From positions 224,001-288,000 of the forward strand of contig OZ241981.1 in NCBI GenBank assembly GCA_965204345.1: a stretch of DNA of 64,000 nt, written 5' to 3'. The notes under the pieces were generated by a model. It saw nothing but the letters and a program-made list of their open reading frames with translations, made no database searches and was not told the origin of the DNA. The position numbers were made by a program, and so were the translations under genes. Positions 1-11,461 of the stretch are shown piece by piece; position 1 is the first letter of the stretch; each line of letters begins with the position of its first letter. The DNA is from Nitrosopumilus sp. (GTDB taxonomy: Archaea > Thermoproteota > Nitrososphaeria > Nitrososphaerales > Nitrosopumilaceae).

Positions 1-2
1 AT

Positions 3-497
3 TGCATCCCTCCCCAGGTCGCAGACGTCTTATCATCTGACAAGTATTACTCTGATCTGTTTGAGGAATCCCATACCGCATCCAATGCAAAAGAAGTCGC
101 AAATATTATTACAACAGAGTTGATGGGACTAGTAGATACCCGGGAAAAACGGGAATCATCCAAGCTTTCATCCAAACATCTCAGGGAATTGGCAGATTCC
201 ATTAAATCCGGTAGAATTTCCAGAAATTCATCCAAAAATGCACTGCATGAAATTTTAAAGACAGGCAAGGAACTCTCCGTTGTTATCTCAGAGCTAGACC
301 TTGGAAATGTTTCTGATGCAGATGAATTGCAGGATATTATTGCACAGATAATCTCTGAGGAGGCATCTGCTGTAGAACAGGCAAGATCAAATCCCCAGGC
401 AATCAATTATCTGGTAGGCAAAGTCATGCAAAAGACGAGGGGAAAGGCAGATCCTGCATTAACGTTGGATTTATTGAAGAAGCAAATTGAGACCTGA
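3..497 (+). CDS. gatB: Asp/Glu-tRNA amidotransferase subunit B, C-terminal part (runs off window)
   Basis: Frame open from position 3; GatB/YqeY tail AINYLVGKVMQKTRGKADP. Confidence 0.88.
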   Translation, partial: CIPPQVADVLSSDKYYSDLFEESHTASNAKEVANIITTELMGLVDTREKRESSKLSSKHLRELADSIKSGRISRNSSKNALHEILKTGKELSVVISELDLGNVSDADELQDIIAQIISEEASAVEQARSNPQAINYLVGKVMQKTRGKADPALTLDLLKKQIET

Positions 498-760
498 TGG
501 CTGATCTTTCCTTGGAAAATATTGAATTTATCAAGATTCTAGCTGCATCTGATGCAACCATTCTTCAGGCAGGGATAAATGACGCCACTAGGCACAGGTT
601 GGATGGTGAGATAGGCGTTATTTTACGGGAATATTACCGTGAAAATACAATGGGTGCCAAAACCGGCTGGACTCAAAAGTTACTTGATGCCGGAATAGAC
701 GAGGATGCAGGCAAGGCAGCTATTGCATGTGCCAGACGCCTTGGTATTGATATTTCTTGA
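497..760 (+). CDS. Small hypothetical protein
   Basis: 87-aa ORF whose ATG overlaps the gatB stop (TGATG). Confidence 0.7.
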   Translation: MADLSLENIEFIKILAASDATILQAGINDATRHRLDGEIGVILREYYRENTMGAKTGWTQKLLDAGIDEDAGKAAIACARRLGIDIS

Positions 761-812
761 GAGAGAGATAAAAAAAATCTTTTTACCCTCCTAGGTTTTA
801 AAAAACTAAACC

Positions 813-2741
813 TTGTCTGATTTTGAATTTGTTCCAACCAAGCAGCAGATCCAAGAATCCAGCATTTACAAATTTATGAAAAAACACAACATCTCCTCTC
901 TTAGGGAACTATCTGAGAATGCCAGGCATGATCTACAGTGGTTTTGGAGGTCAGTAGATGAGGATGTTGGCATTGTCTGGGACAAGCCTTACTCCAAAGT
1001 ACTAGACAGTTCACAGGGAATTGCATGGACAAAATGGTTTGTAAATGGAAAAACAAACATCTACAAATCATCTGTAGAAAGATTCTCCAGGCTTTCACCT
1101 GAAAAGACTGCATATTACTTTGTATCTGAGGATGGAAAGAAATCGCAGTTATCCTATTTGGAATTGGACAAAAAAGTATCCAAGCTTGCAAATGGGCTAA
1201 AGTCCATCGGTGTCAAAAAAGGAGACGTAGTTGCAATATATTTGCCCATGATTGAAGAGTCGATTTTGGCCATCCTGGCATCTGCAAAAATCGGAGCAGT
1301 CCAAACTGTTATTTTTTCTGGATACAGCACAGAATCACTGCAGATACGACTGCAGGACTGTCATGCAAAGGTTCTTTTAGTTTCTGATGGGTTTAATCGG
1401 AAAGGAAAAGCAGTATCCCAAAAAAAATCTGTCGAATCTGCAGTTTTGAATACTATGGTTGAAAAAATAATCATAATTCCATACAAGGGAGTTGACAAAC
1501 ATTCAGAGTCTGAGAAAATCATTTTTTATGACAAGCTTGTTTCTGCTCAAAATGACAACTGCATGACAGAGGTTCTTGATTCAGAGGATCCGTTGTTTGT
1601 TTTGTATACATCTGGCACTACGGGCAAGCCCAAGGGAGTCATTCACACGCATGGCGGCTTTTCTGTTTTTGCAGGACATCAGGCCGCCTACCTGACAGAC
1701 ATTCAGGCACAAGATACCCTGTTTTGGCCTGCAGATATCGGATGGATTACAGGACTAGTGTGGAATGTTTATGGTCTTTTGATTAGGGGTGCCAATGCAG
1801 TAATTTATGACGGCGCACTGGATTTTCCTACAGCTGACAGGGTTTGGAGGATGCTATCAGACTATAATGTGACAATTTTTGGAATATCTCCAACAGCTGT
1901 AAGATTATTTAAAAAAAACAATGCCGAGCCCTTGAAATCTTTTTCATTGGATAAAATAAAAAACATTCCAACAACAGGAGAGCCCTTGGATGAGGATTCA
2001 TGGTGGTGGCTGTATGAAAAAGTCGGCAATAAAAAAATTCCAATAGTGAATTTGTCTGGAGGTACTGAAATTGGCGGTGCAATGCTGTCTGTGTTTCCCG
2101 GCATGAGCTTAAAGCCCTCCACTGTTGGAATTCCCGTACCCGGAATGGACCTGAATGTAGTTGATGATGAAAAAAATCCCATACGCCAAAAAAATGGCTA
2201 TCTGATTATTAATTCGCCGTGGCCTGCAATGACTCGCGGCCTGCTAAATGATGATGACCGATATATTCAGACATACTGGTCTCGCTTTGAGGATACTTGG
2301 TTTCATGGTGACTATGTCTATGTTGATGGTGATGATCTTTGGTACATGCGTGGAAGAACAGATGATGTGATCAACGTTTCTGGCCACAGGATGAGTACTG
2401 CTGAAATCGAGCATGCCGTAATCTCCCACAGCAAGATATCTGATGCTGCATCCGTTGCAATTCCTGATGATCTTACCGGCGAGGCAATCGTCGTATTTTT
2501 TGTGGCAGATGACAAATCCGAATCAGTTAGTTCCTCTGAAATATCAGACTATGTCTCTGAAAAGATAGGCAAGGTAGCAAAGCCCAAATTTCTTTTTCAG
2601 CTATCTGATCTTCCAAAAACCAGAACCGGAAAAATTATGCGCAGATTACTAAAATCAAAGATTCTAGGAGATGACCCTGGCGACCTGTCTTCGCTTGAAA
2701 ACCCTCAAATTTTGAGTGAAATTCCAAAATTAGGTCGATAA
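813..2741 (+). CDS. Acetyl-CoA synthetase-like AMP-forming acyl-CoA ligase
   Basis: YTSGTTGKPKG AMP-binding motif, ADIGWITG, GRTDDVINVSGHR, LPKTRTGKIMRR. Confidence 0.92.
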   Translation: MSDFEFVPTKQQIQESSIYKFMKKHNISSLRELSENARHDLQWFWRSVDEDVGIVWDKPYSKVLDSSQGIAWTKWFVNGKTNIYKSSVERFSRLSPEKTAYYFVSEDGKKSQLSYLELDKKVSKLANGLKSIGVKKGDVVAIYLPMIEESILAILASAKIGAVQTVIFSGYSTESLQIRLQDCHAKVLLVSDGFNRKGKAVSQKKSVESAVLNTMVEKIIIIPYKGVDKHSESEKIIFYDKLVSAQNDNCMTEVLDSEDPLFVLYTSGTTGKPKGVIHTHGGFSVFAGHQAAYLTDIQAQDTLFWPADIGWITGLVWNVYGLLIRGANAVIYDGALDFPTADRVWRMLSDYNVTIFGISPTAVRLFKKNNAEPLKSFSLDKIKNIPTTGEPLDEDSWWWLYEKVGNKKIPIVNLSGGTEIGGAMLSVFPGMSLKPSTVGIPVPGMDLNVVDDEKNPIRQKNGYLIINSPWPAMTRGLLNDDDRYIQTYWSRFEDTWFHGDYVYVDGDDLWYMRGRTDDVINVSGHRMSTAEIEHAVISHSKISDAASVAIPDDLTGEAIVVFFVADDKSESVSSSEISDYVSEKIGKVAKPKFLFQLSDLPKTRTGKIMRRLLKSKILGDDPGDLSSLENPQILSEIPKLGR

Positions 2742-2807
2742 AATCTCACTCTTTGATATTTTCTATTTCACGTTTTATCTATAATTCATGCTTTATAAGA
2801 CACATCA

Positions 2808-4166
2808 ATGAAGTTTGTAGTTGATCAGCAAGTAGAAGACATTGAGATGCCTGAAAATCTCAAGCTGAATACGTTTTTGCAGGAATTTCACTCAGATTGC
2901 CCTAGTCCTCAATGTAATTTCGGGTTTTACGGCTTTGCCTTTGGACAGTCCCCATTTCCGGTTCCAAAACTAATTCAGGATGCACTAATCAAAAATGCTG
3001 ACAAGGGTGCATATGCTGCTGTACCGGGCATTTCTGAGCTGCGCAATGCCATTTCCAAATACAACAAACACTATTTTGGCATGGACGTTGCACCAGAAAG
3101 GATCTATGTGGGCCCTGGAACCAAGGAGTTAATCTTTAATTTGCTGGAAATTCTGCATGGAACCGTAATTTTACCTACTCCTGCCTGGCTGGGATATCTT
3201 CCGCAAATCCGGTTTTTGAAGAAAAATTATCACATGCTGCCAACTAGGGCAAATAAAAAAATATCCCCAAATGATCTAAGAAAGCTGGCATTACGGCTGC
3301 AGGACAGGCAAAAGGTGCTGATCCTAAACAATCCCCACAATCCCACGGGTCTGCTTTATGACAAGTTGGAATTAGAAGAAATTGCCGATGTGTGCAGAGA
3401 GCAAAACATTGCCATCATCTCTGATGAAATTTATGCTCAAACAACATATGATTTTTCCAGGTTTGTTAGTATGGGGAAGATATATCCAGAGGGCACATTT
3501 GTAACAAACGGCCTTTCCAAATCCCATGCGGCAGGCGGTTACAGGCTGGGCTATGTCGTATTTCCACAGCATGCAGTCGACTTGAAGGGCCAATTTAAAA
3601 AAATCCTTGCAACTGAATATACGGCAGTTTCAACCCCGATTCAGCATGCAGCCGTTGCAGGATTTGAAATAAGCAAGGAAATGGACGAGTATTTTGATGT
3701 AACGCGTAGCATCCATCAGATTATGGGCGAATATACCCATCATGCATTATCTGCCATTGACGGAGTTAAAACTACAAAGCCTGATGCGACATTTTATCTC
3801 TTAGCTGATTTTAACGCATTTGGTACGGACCTGCAAAAATTAAAAATCAGCACGTCCCAAAAGCTATCCGAATCCCTAATAGTTCATCCATATCACACTG
3901 CAATAGTTGGGGGAGACAGTCTTGTTCTAGAAAGAACTGACTTTAGTGCCCGAATTGCATATGTGGATTATGATGGCTCTAGCGTATATCAGAACTATCT
4001 AGAACACAAACCCAAATCTCATTCTGAAAAACTTGAATTTATACAAAGTAATGCACCCAAAGTTGTTTCTGGGATTAAGATGATTGAGAGCTTTTTTGAC
4101 GCTGTAAAAAAGGGAGATATCCCCAATACTGCGCCTAAATTAAATACAGTAATCCCTTCAGCCTGA
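2808..4166 (+). CDS. PLP-dependent aminotransferase class I/II
   Basis: NNPHNPTG, ISDEIY, GLSKSHAAGGYRLG (PLP lysine). Confidence 0.92.
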   Translation: MKFVVDQQVEDIEMPENLKLNTFLQEFHSDCPSPQCNFGFYGFAFGQSPFPVPKLIQDALIKNADKGAYAAVPGISELRNAISKYNKHYFGMDVAPERIYVGPGTKELIFNLLEILHGTVILPTPAWLGYLPQIRFLKKNYHMLPTRANKKISPNDLRKLALRLQDRQKVLILNNPHNPTGLLYDKLELEEIADVCREQNIAIISDEIYAQTTYDFSRFVSMGKIYPEGTFVTNGLSKSHAAGGYRLGYVVFPQHAVDLKGQFKKILATEYTAVSTPIQHAAVAGFEISKEMDEYFDVTRSIHQIMGEYTHHALSAIDGVKTTKPDATFYLLADFNAFGTDLQKLKISTSQKLSESLIVHPYHTAIVGGDSLVLERTDFSARIAYVDYDGSSVYQNYLEHKPKSHSEKLEFIQSNAPKVVSGIKMIESFFDAVKKGDIPNTAPKLNTVIPSA

Positions 4167-4656
4167 TATTTTTTAGTCCTTCATGTTCTTTTAGGGCATC
4201 ATCTTTAACAATCTCATTTGTAAAATTTCTTTGTAGATTGAACGTAAAATTAGGTGGGTTATTTTTTCTTAATCGTATTTATTCTAAGAGAACTCTGACC
4301 TGAATTGTAATCTACTTGTCGTTTTACTCCATACATAGCTCCAAACAATATTCCTAGCAATCTAATTGTTACGGCTATTTGAGAAATCACTGAATTATCT
4401 GTTGTTTCTTGTTTATGTTTTCTGGTATGTGCGATGGTTCTGCTTTTGGAATTATGTCTTTATTCATCATCTTTTGAATTGCAGATTTTATTATTTCAGG
4501 GAGATATAAAGTCAGGAAAATCTGTTACTATATCTGATCCTCTAGGTAGTGGAAAAATTACATTGGGATTATAGCGCAGGTAAGACTGCTGCGATAAAAA
4601 AGATCCATTGATAACTAATCTCAAACAATAATAACATGGCAATTTAATGACAAACC

Positions 4657-5214
4657 TTGCATGCAAACAAAAAGCCAAAGATTAGAAATGTGGTGTGTAC
4701 TGCCGATCTTAAGCAAAATGTGAATGTCCCCAAACTATCAAAACTGTCTTGTGGAATCTATGATCAGGCAATATATGGGGGGCGGTGTGGTTATGTCAAA
4801 ACCCCAGATATGGAAGGCAAAGTCACCATATTTCCTAGTGGAAAGATGATCTCAGTTGGTGCCAAATCTACAACAAATGCAGTCAAACAGCTCAACCACG
4901 CAAAATTTCTTCTAGTTCAGGAAAAATTGATTTCAGACATTAAATTAAAACCCAACATAAGAAATATTGTTGCGACCATAGATGTTGGGCATATCATACC
5001 AATAGACAAACTATCACTCAGCATTTCTGGTTCAATTTATGAACCTGAAACTTTTCCTGCACTTATTGTGAAGGGGCTAGATAGTTGTAGTTTTCTTGTG
5101 TTTGCCTCAGGAAAGATAGTGATTGTAGGTGCAAAATCTGTAAAAGAGACAAACACTTCATCATTTGAGTTGTTACAAAAACTGAATAGTTTTATGAAAC
5201 ATGAAAAAGATTAA
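4657..5214 (+). CDS. Divergent TATA-box binding protein paralog
   Basis: Two TBP repeats: IRNVVCTADL...TIFPSGKMISVGAKS and IRNIVATIDV...YEPETFPAL...LVFASGKIVIVGAKS; TTG start. Confidence 0.85.
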   Translation: MHANKKPKIRNVVCTADLKQNVNVPKLSKLSCGIYDQAIYGGRCGYVKTPDMEGKVTIFPSGKMISVGAKSTTNAVKQLNHAKFLLVQEKLISDIKLKPNIRNIVATIDVGHIIPIDKLSLSISGSIYEPETFPALIVKGLDSCSFLVFASGKIVIVGAKSVKETNTSSFELLQKLNSFMKHEKD

Positions 5215-5492
5215 TTCTGTATTTACTAACCTTCACATTAATTTTTAGCAGTTATAAAATTATGCTATTTTAGTTTCTAAACTAATCAAATGTTGTCTTT
5301 TCTATATCACATGAAATCATCTAGATGTAACGCATGTACAGTATGATTTGGATTTAAAGTTGAACATCAGCAAAGAGATGTGGATTCTCTCATCAAATTA
5401 GTTCTTTAATTTTATTACTAATAAAGTTCTGTTAGCAGAAATATGATTTTTTCAGTATCTAATTTGTGGATTATTATTTTGTCTTATTCCTT

Positions 5493-6757
5493 TTATAAAA
5501 TTCTTATTTCTCCTGACATTAATTTTGGTAAAAGCGAATCTCGAATTTGCATCAGATTAGATATCTGTTTATAATTATTTTTTATTTCTTTAAATAATAT
5601 CTTGAGAATATTTTCTAATTGTGACTGAGTTTTTTGCTTAGGAAGTACAAACTTCAGATTATACATATTATTTTGATTTATTTTTGGCTGTACCGCTCCC
5701 GTTACAATATGATTTACATTCGTATTTTTTAGATAAACATACAATAATTCATTAGATATTTTTTTCCCTTTCAAAACATGAGCATGATTGTTTACCCAGA
5801 ATTTTTCCCAAACATATTGTAAAATTGGATGCCCTTTCTCATCGATGACTGAACCGTCCTCACCCATCAAAACATAAGTCCCATCAAAAATAAAATCATC
5901 AACATAATCTAAGATCTTAGTTGCACCATAATAGGGATAACATCCTTTTTTGGCAAGTCTTTCAATACTTGATAAGGGAATTCGTTTAGAATCAAAATTT
6001 TTTACAACTTCTTTTAATTTCTTTACTTCCCAGCCCTCAGGTATTTCTATCCCTAATTCTTCATTGTAAACCATCTTTCCTCCTGATGATTTGTATGGAT
6101 TATCTTTTTCATTTGGAAATTCATAGTCAACAAACCATGATTTGAAGACTATGCAAACAAGTCAACAAACCATGATTTGAAGACTGTCTGGGCGATTTGT
6201 TCGAGGATTTTGTTCTGTTTTTGAAGGTTTTCTATTGTCGTGTCAAGTGCATCTAATTTAGCAATAATTTTGTCTTGTTTATCTAAAGGAGGTAAATGGA
6301 TTTTAATTTCATCAAAGGTTGACATAGTAATTGTATCAAATACAGTTCCATTGGAAATTTGGGTATACTTATTTTTCAGATTTTTTAAAATATAAAATAA
6401 GTAAAGAGGTCTGACGGATTTAGGAAAAACTTCTAAAGCATAACATGATTGGTTACAACTCATTTCTGATGGAAGGATGCATAATGATCCAACAGTTCCC
6501 CTAGATGAGATAATAATAGTATGCTTTTTTAGTACTTTTGCAGAACTATTGCTAATTCCTTCTGATGTTATTTTTCTTTCGGTATCATAAATATACCTAC
6601 CATTAATTTTTGTGATATCTGTTGGAGTTATCCATTTGATATTTCCGTTCCAATATTCTGGTACTGATGTTTTTGGTGTGCCACTTAAAATTATTTTACA
6701 CATTTCAGAAAGTTTCTTACTGTTTAATTCTTGAATCGGTTTAACTGTCAAATCCAA
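5493..6757 (-). pseudogene. hsdS: Type I R-M specificity subunit hsdS (copy 1), split by a 35-bp insertion
   Basis: N-half 6149-6757 (SGTPKT...YWNG...FKSWFVD) and C-half (YKSSGGKMVYNEELG.EIPEGW...LLPKLMSGEIR) are out of frame; 26-bp duplication 6125-6150/6160-6185 plus 9-bp spacer. Confidence 0.9.
6160..6226. repeat. Left arm of ~66-bp inverted repeat shared by both hsdS central regions
   Basis: Reverse complement of 13584-13649, identical apart from A5 versus A4. Confidence 0.93.
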
Positions 6758-9700
6758 CCTCTTGATAATTATTTTCCGTCTGTTGCATAATCACAGGAAT
6801 CACTTTTTCAATCTCGTCAGTTGGGAAATCTTCTTTTATTAATATTTTAGTTACTCCAACTCGAATTTCGGCTTTGACTTGTTCTTGATTTAACCAATCA
6901 ATCTTTAGATTTTTCTTCAGATAATCAACAACATCTATTGCAATCTTTCGTGCATCGATGTCATTTTCCAGATATTCTCTGCCCATCCTAATGATATCAT
7001 AAAATGCAATTTCCTCATTAGTCATTTCTAGTTCATCCGTTCTTTTTGACTCATCAGTAATATCAGATGCTACCTTTTCAAATTCTGGATATAGTGTGTC
7101 AAAATCTTCAAATTTTCCATGATACCTTGATAATGTCTTTTCAATTCTTTCCTGGAAAGTCTTTTGTTTTGAGATATTCCCTTTTAGTCGCGCCTTAATT
7201 GCATCATCAAGTAACTTGTATGCCAATTCCATCTTGAGATTTTTTTGGGAAAATTTCTTTATCTTTTCCATGTATTCCTTGTTTAGATCAATTTTTTCAT
7301 CATCGTACTTGATGTCATAAAATCGAATATTCTCATCAGCATCAATTGCCTCTTCCACCAAATCCCGGATTGCATCTTCCTTTTCAGGAGGTGTGTAAAG
7401 TATTCCTGCGACTGATTTTGACATGATTCTACGCATTAGCTGGAAGAATCTCAAATCATCTTCTACTTCCTGGCATGCCGGATGTGGCGTACACACAGCA
7501 TATGCTTTGGTCAGTTCTGCAACATTTTTTATGAATTGCTTTCGAACTTCTTGATCATCTAGAATTTCTTCTATTGCATCATCAAGGTATGAGCCTTGTC
7601 TTCTCTGTGAATACGGTTTGTCAACCCCAATATCTACAGTAAAAAAGCTACATAATTCCAAGTGCTTCTTTTGCATGTACAAAACAATCTCCTCAGTTGG
7701 TATCATTGCGCCCCTAACATCGGATTCATTATATGATCGAAACGCAGATTTTAAATCATCAGTAATTCCAATATAGTCAATAATCATTCCACGTGGTTTG
7801 TCCTTGTGAACGCGGTTGACACGGGATATTGCCTGGATTAGGTTATGGTCCCGTAGTAGTTTGTCCACATACATTGTATGTATTACAGGTGCATCAAATC
7901 CTGTCAGATACATGTCACAAACAATTAGTAATTCCAAATCACTGTTTTCATCTTTGAACTCTCTTACCAATTCTTCCATTTCAGATTTTGATTTGTAATG
8001 TTTTGATACTGTTTGTTCTCTATTCTTTTTTTCTTCAGATGCATCATCTGCAAGTGGTTTTGCTAACCCGGAAATCACACAAGTACATTTTGGAGCATCA
8101 GGAATTTGAGAAATTAAATCAGCATATCGAGCAGCTGCTAGTTTTGTTGATGTTGCAAGCATGGCCTTTCCTTTGAGTGTTTTTTGTTTTTCTTTAAAGT
8201 GACAAACCAAGTCTTTTGCAATTACCTCTAGTCTGTCAGGATCCTCCAGCATTGTTTTTAGCTCGGACCATTTTTTTGAAAGGGACTCTATTACATCAGG
8301 ATCTAAATCTTCTGTAATCTTATTAAAATCAGCACCAATCATTTTGTTTTGCAAGTGGAGTTGGACTAGTCTGCTTTGACAGGTAATTTCTACAGTGGCC
8401 CTGTCTCGTACTGCATCGCTAATTCTGTAGGCAGAGAGAACATCTCCAAATACGTGCGTAGTTGACTTGTCTTCTTTCTCAATTGGCGTGCCTGTGAAGC
8501 CAATTTTAAGCGCATTTGGAAGTGCTCTTTGCAGGTTTTGAGCCATGGTCTTGTACTGTGAGCGGTGTGCCTCATCAGCTATTATGATGATGTTTCTCCT
8601 CTCAGAAATTAATGGATATTTTACCATCCCTTCTTTTTCGTCTTGTGTTGTTTGGAATTTCTGAATTGTTGTAAATATTATCTTTCCAGCCGGAACTGCC
8701 AACTTTTCTCTTAAATCAACTATGGAATCAGCTTCCAACATTGCAGTCTTTGGTTTTGGATATGGAAATCCTGCAACCTTGAAGAAATTTCCCAGCTGGC
8801 CATCCAAATCCTTTCTATCAGTTAGGATTACAAAGGTTGGATTTTCCAATTGTTTTATTTGAGAAACAATATTTGTATACAAAATCATTGTTAGTGATTT
8901 ACCACTGCCTGTTGTATGCCAGATAACACCAATTTTATTATCTCCACTTTGTGGATAAACTTCTAATGTTCGTTTAACTGCTGCCTTAACTCCGGTGTAC
9001 TGGTGTTGTTGTGCAATTTTTTTAATTGTTTTACTTCCATCTGATTCGTATTCAGTGTAGTTTTGAATTATTTCCAATAATGATTCTTTGGTTAACATTA
9101 GATGTTGCATCATCTCTAATCTGTTTGCAACTGTCTTGTCAGGATCTTCAGGGTCATTCCAATCTGAAAATCTTTCAAAGGGCGCAGTCATTGTTCCATA
9201 TCTTGCATATATTCTATCGCTGATTATCAAAAATGAAACATAGTTGAATAGACGAGGGATAAATTTTTGATAGTTAGTAATTCCCAGTTGCTTGTATGCT
9301 GAAACAATATCAGTTGATGAGTTTGTTGGATCTTTGTACTCTAAAAGAACCAAAGGCAACCCATTTACAAATATAATGTGATCTGTCCGTCTTTGTTCAT
9401 GTTGCTTAATGATTAGTTGCCTAACTGCCAAAAAGTCATTGTTTTCTGGAACCTCAAAGTCTACTAGTTTTATGGCATAGTATCTGGTCTGACCCTCTGA
9501 TTGATATGGCACCTTGACACCTGCAAGCAGCATTTGGTGAAACTCTCGATTGTTTTCTATCGTAGTTGGATTTGTCAGTGATTTTACCTGGTTTATTGCA
9601 GTTGTGTAGACAGTTTCAGGTAAATTTGGGTTTAATTGACGGATTTTTGTGCCTAACCGGTCTAGTAAGAGAACGTCACTGTAGTTTTTTCGCTCATTGT

Positions 9701-9800
9701 TTAGATCAGTTCCTTCCAATATTTCGTAACCCAACTCTTCGAATGTCTTATGAGCTGGTAGTTCAACTAATTCAATCTCATTTAGTTCTGATGGGGACAT
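6741..9800 (-). CDS. hsdR: Type I restriction endonuclease subunit R
   Basis: DHIIFVNGLPLVLLEYK nuclease motif, WHTTGSGKS, IADEAHRSQY, GFTGTP, MYLTGFDAP, QAISRVNR. Confidence 0.96.
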   Translation of the reverse strand: MSPSELNEIELVELPAHKTFEELGYEILEGTDLNNERKNYSDVLLLDRLGTKIRQLNPNLPETVYTTAINQVKSLTNPTTIENNREFHQMLLAGVKVPYQSEGQTRYYAIKLVDFEVPENNDFLAVRQLIIKQHEQRRTDHIIFVNGLPLVLLEYKDPTNSSTDIVSAYKQLGITNYQKFIPRLFNYVSFLIISDRIYARYGTMTAPFERFSDWNDPEDPDKTVANRLEMMQHLMLTKESLLEIIQNYTEYESDGSKTIKKIAQQHQYTGVKAAVKRTLEVYPQSGDNKIGVIWHTTGSGKSLTMILYTNIVSQIKQLENPTFVILTDRKDLDGQLGNFFKVAGFPYPKPKTAMLEADSIVDLREKLAVPAGKIIFTTIQKFQTTQDEKEGMVKYPLISERRNIIIIADEAHRSQYKTMAQNLQRALPNALKIGFTGTPIEKEDKSTTHVFGDVLSAYRISDAVRDRATVEITCQSRLVQLHLQNKMIGADFNKITEDLDPDVIESLSKKWSELKTMLEDPDRLEVIAKDLVCHFKEKQKTLKGKAMLATSTKLAAARYADLISQIPDAPKCTCVISGLAKPLADDASEEKKNREQTVSKHYKSKSEMEELVREFKDENSDLELLIVCDMYLTGFDAPVIHTMYVDKLLRDHNLIQAISRVNRVHKDKPRGMIIDYIGITDDLKSAFRSYNESDVRGAMIPTEEIVLYMQKKHLELCSFFTVDIGVDKPYSQRRQGSYLDDAIEEILDDQEVRKQFIKNVAELTKAYAVCTPHPACQEVEDDLRFFQLMRRIMSKSVAGILYTPPEKEDAIRDLVEEAIDADENIRFYDIKYDDEKIDLNKEYMEKIKKFSQKNLKMELAYKLLDDAIKARLKGNISKQKTFQERIEKTLSRYHGKFEDFDTLYPEFEKVASDITDESKRTDELEMTNEEIAFYDIIRMGREYLENDIDARKIAIDVVDYLKKNLKIDWLNQEQVKAEIRVGVTKILIKEDFPTDEIEKVIPVIMQQTENNYQEVGFDS

Positions 9801-9835
9801 TTTGATTTACATATTGGATCAGATTCAATCATAAT

Positions 9836-11182
9836 TTAAGTTTGAGTTGTTTTTATTTTTGTATTTTCTAGTACAGATAAAATGGTATAAAGAATGTTTT
9901 CTAGTCGTAAGAGGTGGCTTTGATGCTGGTTCATATCTTTTTGAATGCTACATACTGAACGTTCAATGAATGTCAAATTACATGGTTTGTCATTTACAGT
10001 CTTGTTATTCTGTGTGGTAGAATGTTTCTTACATGAATAGTTGGTAGAGCCTGTAAGGAGATTTATTCTCTCAGATGCTTTTGAGAATTCGTGGATGCTT
10101 GATTCAGGATATAATACAAATTGTTTTTCGTAACTATCCTTTGGACTGTGTCCTATTATGTGATCTGCAACATCTGGCCTGCATCCTGAATCAATAAGTG
10201 TTGATTTGAGAAGATCTCGCATTCGATGTAATCTGTATTGATTTTTGGTCTGAAGGTTTGGCACATGGTTTTGTAGTTTGGATCTTGCAGCCAACTTGCG
10301 AAATCTTTTGTATATCCAGTTAACTGTGATTGGATTTCCCTCCGTATCTACAAACAACGCATTGTCAATTTTGGGTTTATCCTGTCTTGTCTTTAGATAT
10401 TCAGTTATTGCTACAACTGCATCAACATCAAGAAATCCCGTATGCATGAATCCTGTCTTTACCCTGACAAGTGGAATAGGAATCGGTGTGTTATTCAAAT
10501 TCCATGATTCGGGATTCTCAGATCTAAAATGCTTGAGAAGGCACTCCCATACCTCAAAATTAAATCTGTCTACCAGTGTTGAACTATCTAGTCCTCTCTG
10601 AAACTTGCACAAAAGTACAGCTTTCTCTATTGGCTGTATGTCATTGACGGTTAGAATTCCCCAAAGATCTTCAATGGTAAACAATTGATCATGATGTTTT
10701 TTCTCATTTCTGTTGATTCTGTGTTTGAATTGAAACGTAATGTCGGACTCATTTTCCCTAAAAAATGATCTGATGGAATACATGGCAATTTTTGTAGTGG
10801 ATTGTTTTCTTACAGATAACATTTCTGCCAGGTATTTCTTGATCAAGTGTGCAAAATCTGCCTTGTTGGCATAGTCTTTTCTGCTGAGCTCAAGCAAATG
10901 TTCTATTCCTGCAAGTTGTGTAATGGTTTTATGCTGTTGCAAGATGTTTGTATCTACTTGTATCGGTACAACAAACTGAAATTCCTTGTTTAAAAGCCAC
11001 TTGTGAAATCCCAATAATCCATATGTGTATGCATCCCTTGTACCGCCATGTCGTGATTTACCCTTTATGTTTTTTGTATTGGTACCACTCAACTGCTGTC
11101 TCCAATATTTTACAGATTCAAGTTTACAAAAATCATCAAAAGACATATTTGTATAATTTGGTGTGCCTGCAAGTTTTTTCAA
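9836..11182 (-). CDS. Tyrosine recombinase / integrase
   Basis: Catalytic-type motifs RVK, HRMR (HxxR), HIIGH followed by Y in KDSYEK. Confidence 0.85.
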   Translation of the reverse strand: MKKLAGTPNYTNMSFDDFCKLESVKYWRQQLSGTNTKNIKGKSRHGGTRDAYTYGLLGFHKWLLNKEFQFVVPIQVDTNILQQHKTITQLAGIEHLLELSRKDYANKADFAHLIKKYLAEMLSVRKQSTTKIAMYSIRSFFRENESDITFQFKHRINRNEKKHHDQLFTIEDLWGILTVNDIQPIEKAVLLCKFQRGLDSSTLVDRFNFEVWECLLKHFRSENPESWNLNNTPIPIPLVRVKTGFMHTGFLDVDAVVAITEYLKTRQDKPKIDNALFVDTEGNPITVNWIYKRFRKLAARSKLQNHVPNLQTKNQYRLHRMRDLLKSTLIDSGCRPDVADHIIGHSPKDSYEKQFVLYPESSIHEFSKASERINLLTGSTNYSCKKHSTTQNNKTVNDKPCNLTFIERSVCSIQKDMNQHQSHLLRLENILYTILSVLENTKIKTTQT

Positions 11183-11461
11183 GTCATGTCAGACTCTGAA
11201 TCTTTGAATAAAAAATACACTGGCAAAACAAGTGATCATATCAATTATTGTTGGATCTGTTGTTATTTTTTATATTGATATTCTCACAATATATGATTAG
11301 ATATGGGAACTGTATTACTTGATATTTAATTCACATTTGTTTCAACAACCATAATGATTATAATATAGATATGATGGTTTGTTATTGGATAAAATTTGAT
11401 ATGCCAAAACTAATCATGGTAACAGTAGGATATTTCAAAGGGTAAAATATGCAATAAAGAG

